From NCBI GenBank assembly GCA_964234715.1, contig OZ174282.1: DNA of 64,000 nt; one strand, given 5' to 3'. Positions 29,501-41,160 of this stretch are shown piece by piece. The notes below the pieces were generated by a model. That model was not told the DNA's origin. It did no database searches and saw only the letters and a program-made list of their open reading frames with translations. Source of the DNA: Podarcis melisellensis (Eukaryota). Position 1 is the first letter of the stretch. Every line of letters starts with the position of its first letter. The position numbers and the translations under genes were made by a program.

Positions 29501-32500
29501 GGTCTGTGTCCCAGTTGGTAGCCTGGACCTAAATTTGGGGTCAATGAATATTTGTTTCCTATCAAACAAATTAAACCCTGTCTTATTTGGTTTCACTACT
29601 ACCAAGCTATGTCACAGATTTCCGGACAGTAATTCTGTGACAGTTGTTGTGTTTTTTGGAACAGAGATTATTATAGCCAATAATGGTGATGACAGAAAAA
29701 TTAAACTAATTTTTACATTAAAAGTATACATTCTGCTTTCAGCCTTCCTCTGGGCTCAGCAATATACAGACTTCACAAAGTCAGTTCTGTAAGTAGTTCT
29801 GCAAGCTCTTGTAACTCCACATTCTATGTGCTGGCTGAACTATACCTAGTGAAATGCTGGGACTAGTGCTTCAAATGCTATGACAAGCCATCTCGAGCAT
29901 TGGCACACCATTACACTTATAGGTGAATATATGCTACTGTGTATGGCACCCCGATAGAACACCTGTTCTAAATCACAAATTGACCATTTCCACTGATGTC
30001 CTGTCCCCTCACATTAAGTTGCAGGAACTCATATGATGCTTCTAAGAAGCCAAGCATGGTTATCTGAAAGAAAGGTTAATCTTCTGAGGCACACAGAGAG
30101 AGTCCTTTTAAATGATAGTTTATAATCAGAATAGAGAAATGCCGTAATAAGAAAAAGATAATTTCAAATATAATTTTCCATTAAAGAGGCTCCCATATAC
30201 ACTTACATAAAACTGGATGCAAAGGTATAGAAAAGGAAAAAGGAGCTATTTCTGGTTCTAGAATGGAAACTGAAAAATGATGGTCATAACTGGCAGCAAC
30301 CAGAACTGAAAAGAATCATCTTCCTCAGAATGAGCAAGGGGAACGCCCTGAAATCAGGCTAGTTAACTAATTTTTCCTTGTGACGCCATTTTATTGCTTT
30401 TTGCTGCCATTTTAGTACTGAAGTTACACGTATGCCTTTTATTTTTCAAGGAAGCAACATTAATGCTTTCTTTCTCAAACAACCTCAAAATAATCTAGAT
30501 GTGTCTTTTTACCCGTCCTTCTTTTATGTAGCTGTGGTTTCTGCTATTGCACTGTCCTCAGGTACAAGGGGCAGAAAAGCACAATTCTGCTACTCCAGGA
30601 CCCCGCCTTAGCTCTCAGCATTCAATGCATTCAAACAGGGTTAGGAAATTATGAAAAATCAATGGAAAGAGCCTTTCTTTGGGAATACAAGAGGCAGGGG
30701 AGTCTGTTTCCCAATATAAAGACAAAGAGAAAATCCATGAGCCATAGGGACTTGGGCTACAATACTATACTCGCTTACCTGGGAGTAAACCCCAACTGTA
30801 CTCAACAGGGCTTACGTCTGAGTAGCCATGTAGTAGTAACTTGTTACCCAAAGAGAAGTTTGTTTGTTTTTTTGGGGGGGGGGAGAAAAAGTAACACACA
30901 CACACACACATACCCCATCTATCTCCAGTGCCTACCTGGAGACAGCACTGCATTTTTGCCACTGCAAAGAAGCCTGATTTTAACAGTCATCATATTAGAA
31001 ACACTTTAAAACCATCATAAATTAGCTGATAAAAACCTCACCATTGGTGTAGAATCAATGACTTCAAATGAATTATATCAATGAACAGCTTCCCTGGAAT
31101 GCCATCCAAAAATCAAAACCAAAACCCCTCTAAAATATTAAGAAAACCACCCAGCAATTAACACTGTCACTGATCCTCTGTCCTACTGAGTTTCTTAGGC
31201 TGAAAAGGCAACTCCTCTGTCTTCACCATGTTACTCCTGTTCACATGATATCTCTCCTTTTTTTTCAACAGTCAGCCCTCTGGCTCCCTGTCAGAAATGC
31301 TTCATCTGCAGCTTTTCAGAAGCATTTCCATAGCTGGATTTTTACCGACACATATATTCTTGTACTATTGCAAATGGAGCTATACGCTTCACAACAACTA
31401 CATTAAAATGTAGTGCATGTGCTCAAACACATTTTTTAAAAAGCTTCTTTGCTGCCCACATTTCACACTCTTTGGTTCATTTTAGCTTCGTTTCTTTAAG
31501 CCTGCAAGCTTCCCCAGACCTAAAATACAACTGAGTTTAACTACTTCATTTTTCTTGCCCTGAGACAATCCCATGTACCTGCTTATGATTCTTTTCCCTG
31601 GAAACACTAAAGATCTTGCAGTGTCTGTAAAAAAGCCAAGAGTTATAAGCTTCCCCACTACCCCACCTTCCATCTACCAAGTGTTCAGCATCTGCACACA
31701 CCAACGCCCACTTGCTGGGCAACGCCTGGTTCGAAAGAGCCTTCTCGGTATATTGCAAGCACTGAAATATGATAACCAAGTTAAATGGAGATGCAAAATG
31801 CAGAACCAGGAGATGGACACGCTCACTCACTGCGACACTTTTGAAAATGTCATCTAATAATTTTCTTTCTGAGCATTTGAAGGGTTGAAAGAACTTTGTC
31901 ACTATCAAACTTTCAAAGCAAAGCTACAACCTATTTTTCCCAGACTGGTATGATCAATGCGTATAAGATTACAACAAAGGGGCAGCAAGCATAAAAATAC
32001 CATACTTGATATTAATACATTAGGGTGGGGTGAGGCAATTTAGAAGAATCAACAGATCTGAGACTTCAGGTGTCTACTTTAAATAGTTATCTCATACATT
32101 GCACCAAGACAGTCACCCAAGAATCTTAAATTCAAATAAGACAAATTGCAACAAAACAATTGGAAATTAATGAATCATTTGTTAAACAGATGATTAGACT
32201 GAGAAACAAATACTATTCCTCCTCTGACAGCGGGGGTGGGGTGGGGAGAGAAGGAATCACTCTTGAGCAAAAAAAAAAAGTTTTAAATAGGTGGTGATAA
32301 GGCTGGAATTAATTTCATTTCTGTTAAAACATTTGGCCTTATAAAAATGGTACATAATTAAAAATGGATATAGATCCTAAACACATTATACAAATTAAAT
32401 TTGTATAGAAATTTGATGTATGAAACATTATTTAACACAATCTACAAAACTTATTTAATAATAACCATGTATTTTATCTATTCCTGCTATAATAAGTGAT

Positions 32501-35500
32501 TTATGTCCATTAATTATTGTAGGCTTGATGAAGAAACACTGCTTCTACAATAATTTCCCCATTTTAAACTTTTTCACACTTATGACCATGAGACCAATGT
32601 GGTAAAGACACACAGAAGACAAAAGGTTTCCATTTTCCCTCATTCAACAGTATGCATATCCACACCCTCATTTTTTAAAATAAAAAATAAAATGCATACT
32701 CTCTTCTATAGAATGTATGTGATATGTTAAAAAGACATGAAAGCTAAACATTTTAATCACACACACAAGACAACTGCAACCCAAAAACACCCAGAGCATG
32801 GTTTTAAAATAAGCAAGCTGGACCTAGGGATTCTAGATGGGGATTTAGGTGTCTCCCCCTCCCACCTCCCCATACGTTGATTTACAGAGCTCATATTTGA
32901 ACTCTGGTTCCCACCCTCTTCAGACAAAGGAAAATAATTTGCTATAAGACAGTGCAAAACTGCAAGAATAACTGAGGCATCTCCCACTTAGGGACAGTGG
33001 CAAGCTCCATCTTTGCATGAACATCTCATTGTCTCTCCTCTCTCTCTCATTCATATATATACACATATATATAAATGTATATGGGATTGCCAGGCTGTCT
33101 CTGTAGCAATGCTCCCTTTTAAACCAGGCTTAACACACAACTGTTTGGTCAAAGAATGTTGCCACACAGCAACATCTGTGTGCCAAGCTGTTGTCGCATT
33201 TCTCATGGAACAAGGAAAAGGACCAGACAACCGTCCCTTTATGATTTTAAAGTACAACCTCTAAACTGGTTGGATGAATCCTTAACTGCCTGTACCACAT
33301 CAAGAGATATATAAAATAGAAACCTTTATTTAGCTTCCCCAATGAAGGTAGAATACTATGTTACAGACAAAACCAAATCAGCCACTCCACAGAAATATGT
33401 GCGCGCTCTCTCTCTCTCCTTCGTTGTTTTACATGGCTAAGAAATTTTAAGTTCAGAGTACTGACTCATGCCCAAAACCTAACAAGATAAAAAGTGTCTG
33501 ACTATCAATTATACTTAATTCAAACCACTTTCAGTGGGAGAGAGAATATACTTCAGAATCAGGAAATAAATAATAACTCTTTATTTATTGACTCCTTCCC
33601 TTAAAATTAGGGCTTCATCTATATATTTCACAACTGAATTTCTAAGAATATAAAGCAAGTGGCTATACAAACTGGAACATATACAGGTTTCCACCACAGT
33701 TATATCATAATCCAATTTACAGATATTTCTCTTTGAAAAATCTACCACCCAAGGATGGTAATATCTTCAATGAAATCAGCAGGCTACACCTTAAAAACGT
33801 AGCACTCCTGACTTTTGCCTACATGTTAAAAAAATAAGCAGCAAAGGATTCTAAGGAGGTGAATAAATGGATATATTTTAAAAGCAGACAACAGACGCCC
33901 CTCCCTTACAACTATTTCAAAGGGAGGAGGGGAATTAGCAGAAGCAAAAATCTAATATTTTATTTTTAAATTATCACAGTTATTTTTCTAAATTAACTCT
34001 CAATTTCTACATATTTAAAAACAATCCACATTTGTATCTTTCATTACTACAGAAAAGAAACTGATTGAGTTCTTTGTGTGTTAAATATACATGCATTTAA
34101 ACAAACAAACAATGTGTAAAATGCATTTCCTATCTTGTGGGCTACAAGAATGAGAAGTTACAAACCTTGTCGGGGTGAGTTGCAATACTTTAAATGCCTG
34201 GCATTTGGTTCCAGGCACCTCAAATCTTCCTGTATCAGAGCTCACAGTTTTTCTTCTCAAGGGTGGGAAACCCCCTGCAAGCTCTGCTATGGCTGAGACA
34301 GTGAAGAGTCCAGCAAGACAATGAGAAAGCAGCTGTTCCCACAGTGGAACACCACTGCCAGCAAAGCAGCGGTGGCATTTGCTCAGGGCTGTCCTTCACC
34401 AAGGATAGGCAGCACTGGTGTGAAACCAGTTACTGAAGGGAGCGTTTATAGGTTACAGAAGGATACTTTATTGTTAATGGAATGTACCATGTAAGATTTA
34501 AGAGCGGGGAGGAGAGAAGGGAAGGAAAAGATGAGATGCAAGCAGATAAAGATTTAACAAGGGTTTATTTTTCCCACCCCCACCCCCAAGCCACTGCAAT
34601 TACTCCAATGTGAATTTTTGATGACTTCCGACATCTTGCATGGTTAATAACCGTTTCAGCTGTCATGTTTGGTTAATGTTGAAAATGCATTTCCTGCACT
34701 GGAGGTGCAGGGCTGTGGCTACACATTGCAACACCAGCTTGTAAAGCTATTCTCTTCACAAGCCGCCATGAATTTGCACAAAACACGAGGCTGCAATAAG
34801 GGACAGCCAGATCATCATTATTATATAGAAATGTGATTCTGCCATCTTAAGACTCACAGAAGACTCTGGAACAATGTCTGCATTCTTATTTACACACTGA
34901 TGGCTGGCGGACTGATTGGCACCTTTGTTCACTAAAATATGTTGCTTGCATTCTTGACGAGGTTAGATCTGGGTGCTACTGGGGTTCACTACGAAGCCAA
35001 ATAATATACACTGTCTGAGATGTACCTATGCATGTATTTTCTAATTCACACACTGCATTGCAGTCACACGTAACGCACAAATCCATACGCGATATAATAA
35101 CATTATTATTCTGCAGCGTGTATTTAACCTCAAACTAGTGATTGTGGAGAAAATATGCCATGCAGAAAAAGGTTTCAAAAGCCGAACAAATGTTTCAGCA
35201 AGCGATAAGGCTGGGCGTGGTATGTTTAACATATGTCGGTCATCGTCGGCATAGGAAATGCTATACAGCAGCAGCTACACAATTAAAATCAGGAATGTGG
35301 GGGATGCAATAGAACCAAGATTAAAGCATGCTGAAAGAGCCAGTCACCCCACAATTCAAGGCAGGCCAGCCTTTCCTGAGAGTCAGGTGATGGTGCCATC
35401 ATTACAGTGCAGAAATCCAGAGAAGAATCGAGAAGTGGGTGTTTCCTCCTCCTCTCCATCTTGCCTCACCCAACCCTCATCATAAAGAAAACTAAGGAGC

Positions 35501-37444
35501 ATTAACAGACGCAACTGCAAATGCGCAGGGTACAAGGCCACGATAAAGCATTTTACAAAGCACAGCTAATGGCCCTGAGCCCTCCACTAATGCACATGAT
35601 ATTCTTTATCAATGCAGCTAGTGAACTTCATGAGCTGAGATAAAGGGTTTTTTTTAAAATAAAAAAATACAGCTGTACATTAAAATTGCATTCAATGGTG
35701 GATCAACTGTGCCAAACCACTACAGACTGGCAATACCTGATAAAACATTTTCTTTGTTTATTGGATTTAAAATCTGCCCCATCCACATGGGTTTAGAGAA
35801 TGTACTTTATGAAATACAACAGTAAACCATAAAAAAAATCACAAAACAATACCCAAAACCGTAGACATTTTAAAGATATACTCCTAATGTAGCCCTCACA
35901 TATGTTCACCCACAGAAAACATCTCCATGTGGTTCTGAATTTGTCCAACATACTGTATTGCATATTTAATGAGGGCTCTATCAGATGAAGAAAATCAAGT
36001 CGGAGATAGGCAGGAAGCCACTCCTTGAAGGGTCCAAAACCATTTTGGGCTTTGTGGGTCAAAGCTAGCATCTCAAATTGTGTCCTATTAATGAAATGAA
36101 GTTAGTGTGGATGGGAGAAATAAGCCACTAGGGAGCAATCTCCATTGGAAGGCAGGTGTTAAGAGTCCTAAATATTTGTTCTTTTTCCACAATCATACTC
36201 TGTAAGAAAAGAATAAATTATAGTATAGTTCAGCAGGAAGAATGGCAAACTTGGCTAACCAAGTTCAAATTCCAGCTAGGTTGCAGGCTTGTGGTTTTGA
36301 GTGACCAATTCCCTCTCAGTTGCAGTTTTGTAGAAGTGAGTGTGTGTTTGAAGGAAAGGGGGAGAAATAGAATAACATACTATCACCTAAGCGCACGGAG
36401 AGAGAGAGAGAGATGGGGAGGGGGAGAGAGAGAGAAGGGCACACAAGCCAGAGACCAATTTAAAATCTGACTTTCAGACTGAGTGTCTGGCTTCCACTTT
36501 GGTACTGAATTATGAGATATCGGGGTGGGCTGCAACAACTGGCAAGGCTTCATGAATGGCAAACGGTAGAAAAAGCCTTGTGAAGTTAAGTGAAATAGAG
36601 AATTATAAATGTTATGTTTCCTGGTTGCCATAAAGTTACAATATGTGCTTAGTAATTTGGGCATTTCAACGTCAAAGGCCAAGTAGGGACTGCCTGCCTG
36701 AGACTGGTTCTCCGGCTACACAAGCATCCAAGTGGCCTCTTTATTGCTGCACTTTTGTCCTTTGAAATTAGCAACACCTGAGTGCTGGCTCACTTTGCTG
36801 CAACAAGGAACAATCCTAGGGGAGCAGTTCCTTTATCACTGCAAGAAGCCAAACCCTCCTTGTTTCAGATCAAACAGATGCTGTACTCAGAAGCTGGAAC
36901 CTTGTACCAGCAGTCTCAGGGGTGAGAGTTGGGTATCTCTTACACAGAGATTCTCAAAAGGGGAATCCAGCTAGATGCCATTTCAGGAAAAGCTGTCTAG
37001 TTTCAGGTGAAACAGAGACAGGAAGAGGACCATCTCCTTTAAAAAGATCTAACTCAAGTGTTTATCTTTTTTATTCTAAGGGCTTCAGTTAGCACACAAG
37101 TCTTCTACAGTGGCAAATGTTTTTGCAATTCATATGCAGGACTGCAGATATCCTGAACAAAAAAGGGGCGATCTAGTTTCTATATGCAATAAACACAACA
37201 CCAAATTCTGTAACCAAATCCACTATGCAAACAAAGCAAATCCGTATTTTCTGCATAATTTATTCTGATTTTTCTCAAGGCCACCCACAAGACTGCTGGG
37301 GCCAGGAACAGAAAAGGAGAGGAGACCATGAGTGCTGCTCACAGGTCTGGTGCACAGGGTATTCTGGGCAGATGGGAAGTGGATATGGAAAAGAGGCCCC
37401 TATGAAGAAGCAAATAGACTAAAATTAAATGAACTCCATGGGAT

Positions 37445-37620
37445 GAGCACTGCCTATTAGAGGCAGAGCACATGATTTGAATGCAGAAGGTCCCGAGTTC
37501 AAATCCTGGCCAATCCAGTTAAAAGATTTCATATATCAGGCCCAGGAATTTCCTCCTCCTGGGACCTTGGAGAGCCACTGCCAATCAGAATAGACAGCAA
37601 ACAACTTGACAGACCAACTG
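37445..37620 (+). mobile_element. Degraded Squam3-like SINE
   Basis: GCAGAAGGTCCCGAGTTCAAATCC...CCTTGGAGAGCCACTGCCAATCAG resembles the 15768 copy. Confidence 0.7.
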
Positions 37621-37630
37621 TTATTTCTAT

Positions 37631-38345
37631 ATGAAACCACTGGGAGAGATCATCAGGGAGACAGGGCTGAGTGTTCACCAGTATGCAGATGATACCCATC
37701 TCTACCTTTCATTTAAATCACAACTAGTGAAGACAGTGAACGTCCTGTGTGAGGGTCTGGATGCGGTTGGAGGTTGATCGAGGTTGAATCTCAACAAGAT
37801 AGAAGTACTGTTTCTGAGGGACAGGGGTCAGGCAGGTCTGGGGGACTTCCTGGTCCTGAATGGGGTAACTGTACCCCTAAAGAACCAAATGCACAGTCTT
37901 GGGGTCTTTCTGGACTCTCAGCTGTCCATGGTGGTACAGGTCAATACACTCTACATGGGGTTACCTTTGAAGGTGATTCAGAAACTACAATCAACCCAGA
38001 AAGTGACCACCAGACTGATGAATGGGAGCAGCCACCAGAGACCATATAACACCAGTCCTAAAAGATCTACATTGGTTCCCAGTGCATTTCTGAGTACAAT
38101 TCCAAGTGTTGGTGTTGACCTTTAAAGCACCAAACAGCTTCAGCCCTGTATACCTGAAGGAGCATCTCCACCCCCATCATTCAGCCCAGGCACTAAGGTC
38201 CAGATCTGAGGGCCTTCTGGCGGTTCCCTCATTGTGAGAAGAAGTTACGGGGAACCAAGCAGAAGGCCTTCTCGGGAGTGGTGCCCACCTTGTGGAATGC
38301 CCTCCCATCTAAGAGATAACAAGTATACAACTTTCTATAGATAAC
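37631..38345 (+). mobile_element. L2-clade LINE remnant (RT and C-terminal ORF2, internally deleted)
   Basis: HQYADDTHLYLSF RT motif at about 37676-37712, then LGVFLDSQLS, LYMGLPLKVIQKLQ and AFS.VVPTLWNALP segments with frameshifts. Confidence 0.85.
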
Positions 38346-38369
38346 TGAAGGCATAGAGCTTGGTTTCTT

Positions 38370-38376
<7 letters not shown>

Positions 38377-38408
<32 letters not shown>
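38377..38408. repeat. (AC)16 microsatellite
   Basis: Read directly from the sequence. Confidence 0.97.
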
Positions 38409-38410
<2 letters not shown>

Positions 38411-39392
38411 CCCTCCCCAGCCAAAGCCAGGCTCAGAGCGGCTAACAACAGTAAAAATAAGCTGTGAAAACATTCCCACTACACAAGTGGGTATTCCAAC
38501 CATGATATCCTGGCTGTGAGTGCTGGAAGACCTGCTCCCTTTCTTGCAGGCCTTTTCCGTCCTAGCCTGGGTGAGGCCCTGACTGACTCCAGCTACAAAA
38601 GTGCCAAAGGCCATGTTTGCAGACTCAGGTGACTGAGCCTCCACAGCTGCCACCTGCCATGAATCACCACTGACAGCAACAGCAGTAAGTATGTTCTATG
38701 CTTAATATTTTATTCTCTTGCTAATTATATTTTAAATGTGCATTTTATATTTGACTTTGTTTAGTAATGTTTTCTTTTGAAATAAAGATTTTTTTGTTAA
38801 CTTTGCTGCGTTAAATGTGCATTCTGGAATTGACTTCTTTTGCAATGTTTTATTTTGAAATTTTTCAGATAATATTGATTTGAATGTATACTTTATATTT
38901 TACTTTCTTATGCAGTGTTTTATTTTGGATTGTTTTTATTTGATGTTTTAGCGTAGGTTGTAAACTGCTTTCTTAAAAATATAAAGTAGTAGAGAAATGA
39001 AATGAATAATAAATAAATAATAAAACGAAGAGCTTCTTATGGTGTCCCAACCTAGATTAGACATCATGCTTCTTTACCTGCTAGTGCAAATGGGGCCAGA
39101 AAGTGAAAATATTTGAGTTATGAACACTAGCTTGCAACATATTTACAATATGGCTTACAAAACTTGCTTTATAGATTAGCATTATTATGTACAAACACGG
39201 CTACTGTAAAACACAACACATATCAGGACAAGCAAGTGTAAATACAATCAGGGTGGTACATTTAAATTAATGAATGAATGATGTATGGTCAAGCAGACTA
39301 AAACAAAAATAAAAAATAATGTTGTGAGAGAGAAATTTTTATGCACTTGGTTTGCAGGGTTGTCCCAATCCTTAATCTAGCAGGCAGCAGAA

Positions 39393-39430
39393 AAACCAAA
39401 CCAAACCAAACCAAACCAAACCAAACCAAA
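39393..39430. repeat. (AAACC)7 pentanucleotide repeat
   Basis: Read directly from the sequence. Confidence 0.95.
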
Positions 39431-41026
39431 TCAAAAAATCTCAAGCAGCCACCAGCATTGATGCCTGAAGCCAGACTTTGCTGGCAAAGCTTAGCCCACT
39501 GCTGCATAAACAGAATGGAGCATTTTCCCTTTGAATTTGGCAGAAGTTACAAGGGATAATGATCAGGTCTAAAGGCGATGACAGTTCTGGAAACCACTGC
39601 CTTGCAAGCGTGTGGCGCAGTGGACTGCAGTGTAGATATGTGCTATACAGCAGAGAGTGATACCCTTCCCACAACAGTCTGGGAGGGAAGGTGAGGAGTT
39701 TCCTCCTTTAAGTGGCAGTAAAGATTGGCACTCAGACGGGCTGTGCTGATTCTGCCATGAAAATCCCACTCACCAATTAATGGTGTCTTTTGCCCGGCTG
39801 AATGGAGAGCTTGCTCAATTCAGCAGCCTGACAGAATGCTGGCTTTTATACACACACAAGGAAAAAAGCAGGAATGGGTTTTAATTAGGAGTTTTTTAAC
39901 AATCAACCTAGGGTATTAATTGTGCTCTTGCCATCAAGTGATAATTGAGATGTAATCAAACAAAGAGTAACAAGTGTCCATTATCCAAAGGACTGCGTTG
40001 TTGAAGGTTTGGTCTAAGAGGAATTTGTTGGCCTGTTTGTATGGGGAGGGGTTTTCTTCCCAAATAAAGAAGAGGGGTGAATATTCAAAACCTTTTCAGC
40101 CTCTGCACAGACAAAGAAAAACAAGAATCATTTTAAGAACATCAACTCAATGTTAAGGTGGCTGGCTTGACAAAGTGCAACTTTGATGGCTTTGAAAGGG
40201 CCAAGGAGGACTAAGGGCTTGATCCCAGGCTCTGTTGCACATGAGGCACAGCAGGGGTCAAGGGTTCTGGCTCCTTCTCCCATGCAAGCAGGCAGATCCA
40301 CCCCTACCCCTTTCCCAGCTGAAGAAGTTGCTGCTTCTTTTATTTGAGGGAGGGGAAATTTCCTTGTGCCACAGAGGCTCAGAGCTCCCAACACCGGCAA
40401 AAAGTGAAACAGGGAAAGTGGTGCTCGTCTGATTCCAGAAGGAAGCAAGGTAGGATAGTGCTGATCTGCTCAGCTTTCCTTGCACAGGATTGCTGCAGTG
40501 GAAGTCTCTGCTTGTGTTGCAACAGCTACGATCAAGCCGCAAGTCTTATGTTTTGCACTGTGTATTAATCCTTCTGCAAATCATGTACTGTACAAAGACA
40601 AACACACAGCTCAGGGTTTTTAATTCAGAACCCTGAACTGGCCAACATCTTTCCACCAGACAACTGCAAGAGCAGAGGCAAGCCAAAGTGAAATCCCTCA
40701 TGCTACAAGGCACTGCCCTGTAGAAGTCAAATGAAAGCTACATTAAAATGGCTCTCAGTCAGACTGTTCAAACAGAATACAAGGCTTTTGCCATGGTAAG
40801 CCAATGCTTTTTTAGCTCCCCCTCTCCCTCTCATTCACACACATATACCACTTTTGAGTTAACAGCCTTTTTATTATCAACACCCTGTCTAGGAACAGAA
40901 TCCCCAGAGATGTGAAATTCCCAAGATGCCCATCACCAAAGCATATAAGCAGCAGACCAACTGCTTCTGTTAGCCTAATCTTGGGGTCTTTAATAATGTC
41001 AAAAAGAACCCATAACACCTGCACTT

Positions 41027-41160
41027 CAGGTGGGAAATCTGTGGCCCTCCAGATATTTAGATTACAACTCCCCTTTTCCCTGCCCACTGGACATCCTGGC
41101 TAAGGCTGACAGGACTTGTAGTCCAACAATATTGAGAGAGCCACAGGGTCCCCACCACTG
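41027..41160. mobile_element. hAT-type MITE, same family as 10407
   Basis: CAGGTGGGAAATCTGTGGCCCTCCAGAT...GCCACAGGGTCCCCACCACTG. Confidence 0.7.

Noticed and set aside
30772-30784. Strong minus-strand donor CAG|GTAAGC in intron 3
   Set aside because: It lies within a short palindromic repeat family also seen near 53055, 62310 and 63640, with no clear upstream acceptor.
34720-34770. Minus-strand AGCTGGTGTTG matching the first 11 nt of miR-138, next to a 12-bp hairpin
   Set aside because: The match stops at 11 nt and there is no pre-miRNA-length stem or star arm.
37918-37940. GCTGTCCATGGTG partial REST/RE1 site inside the L2 remnant
   Set aside because: It lacks the CTGA end of the motif; only a partial match.
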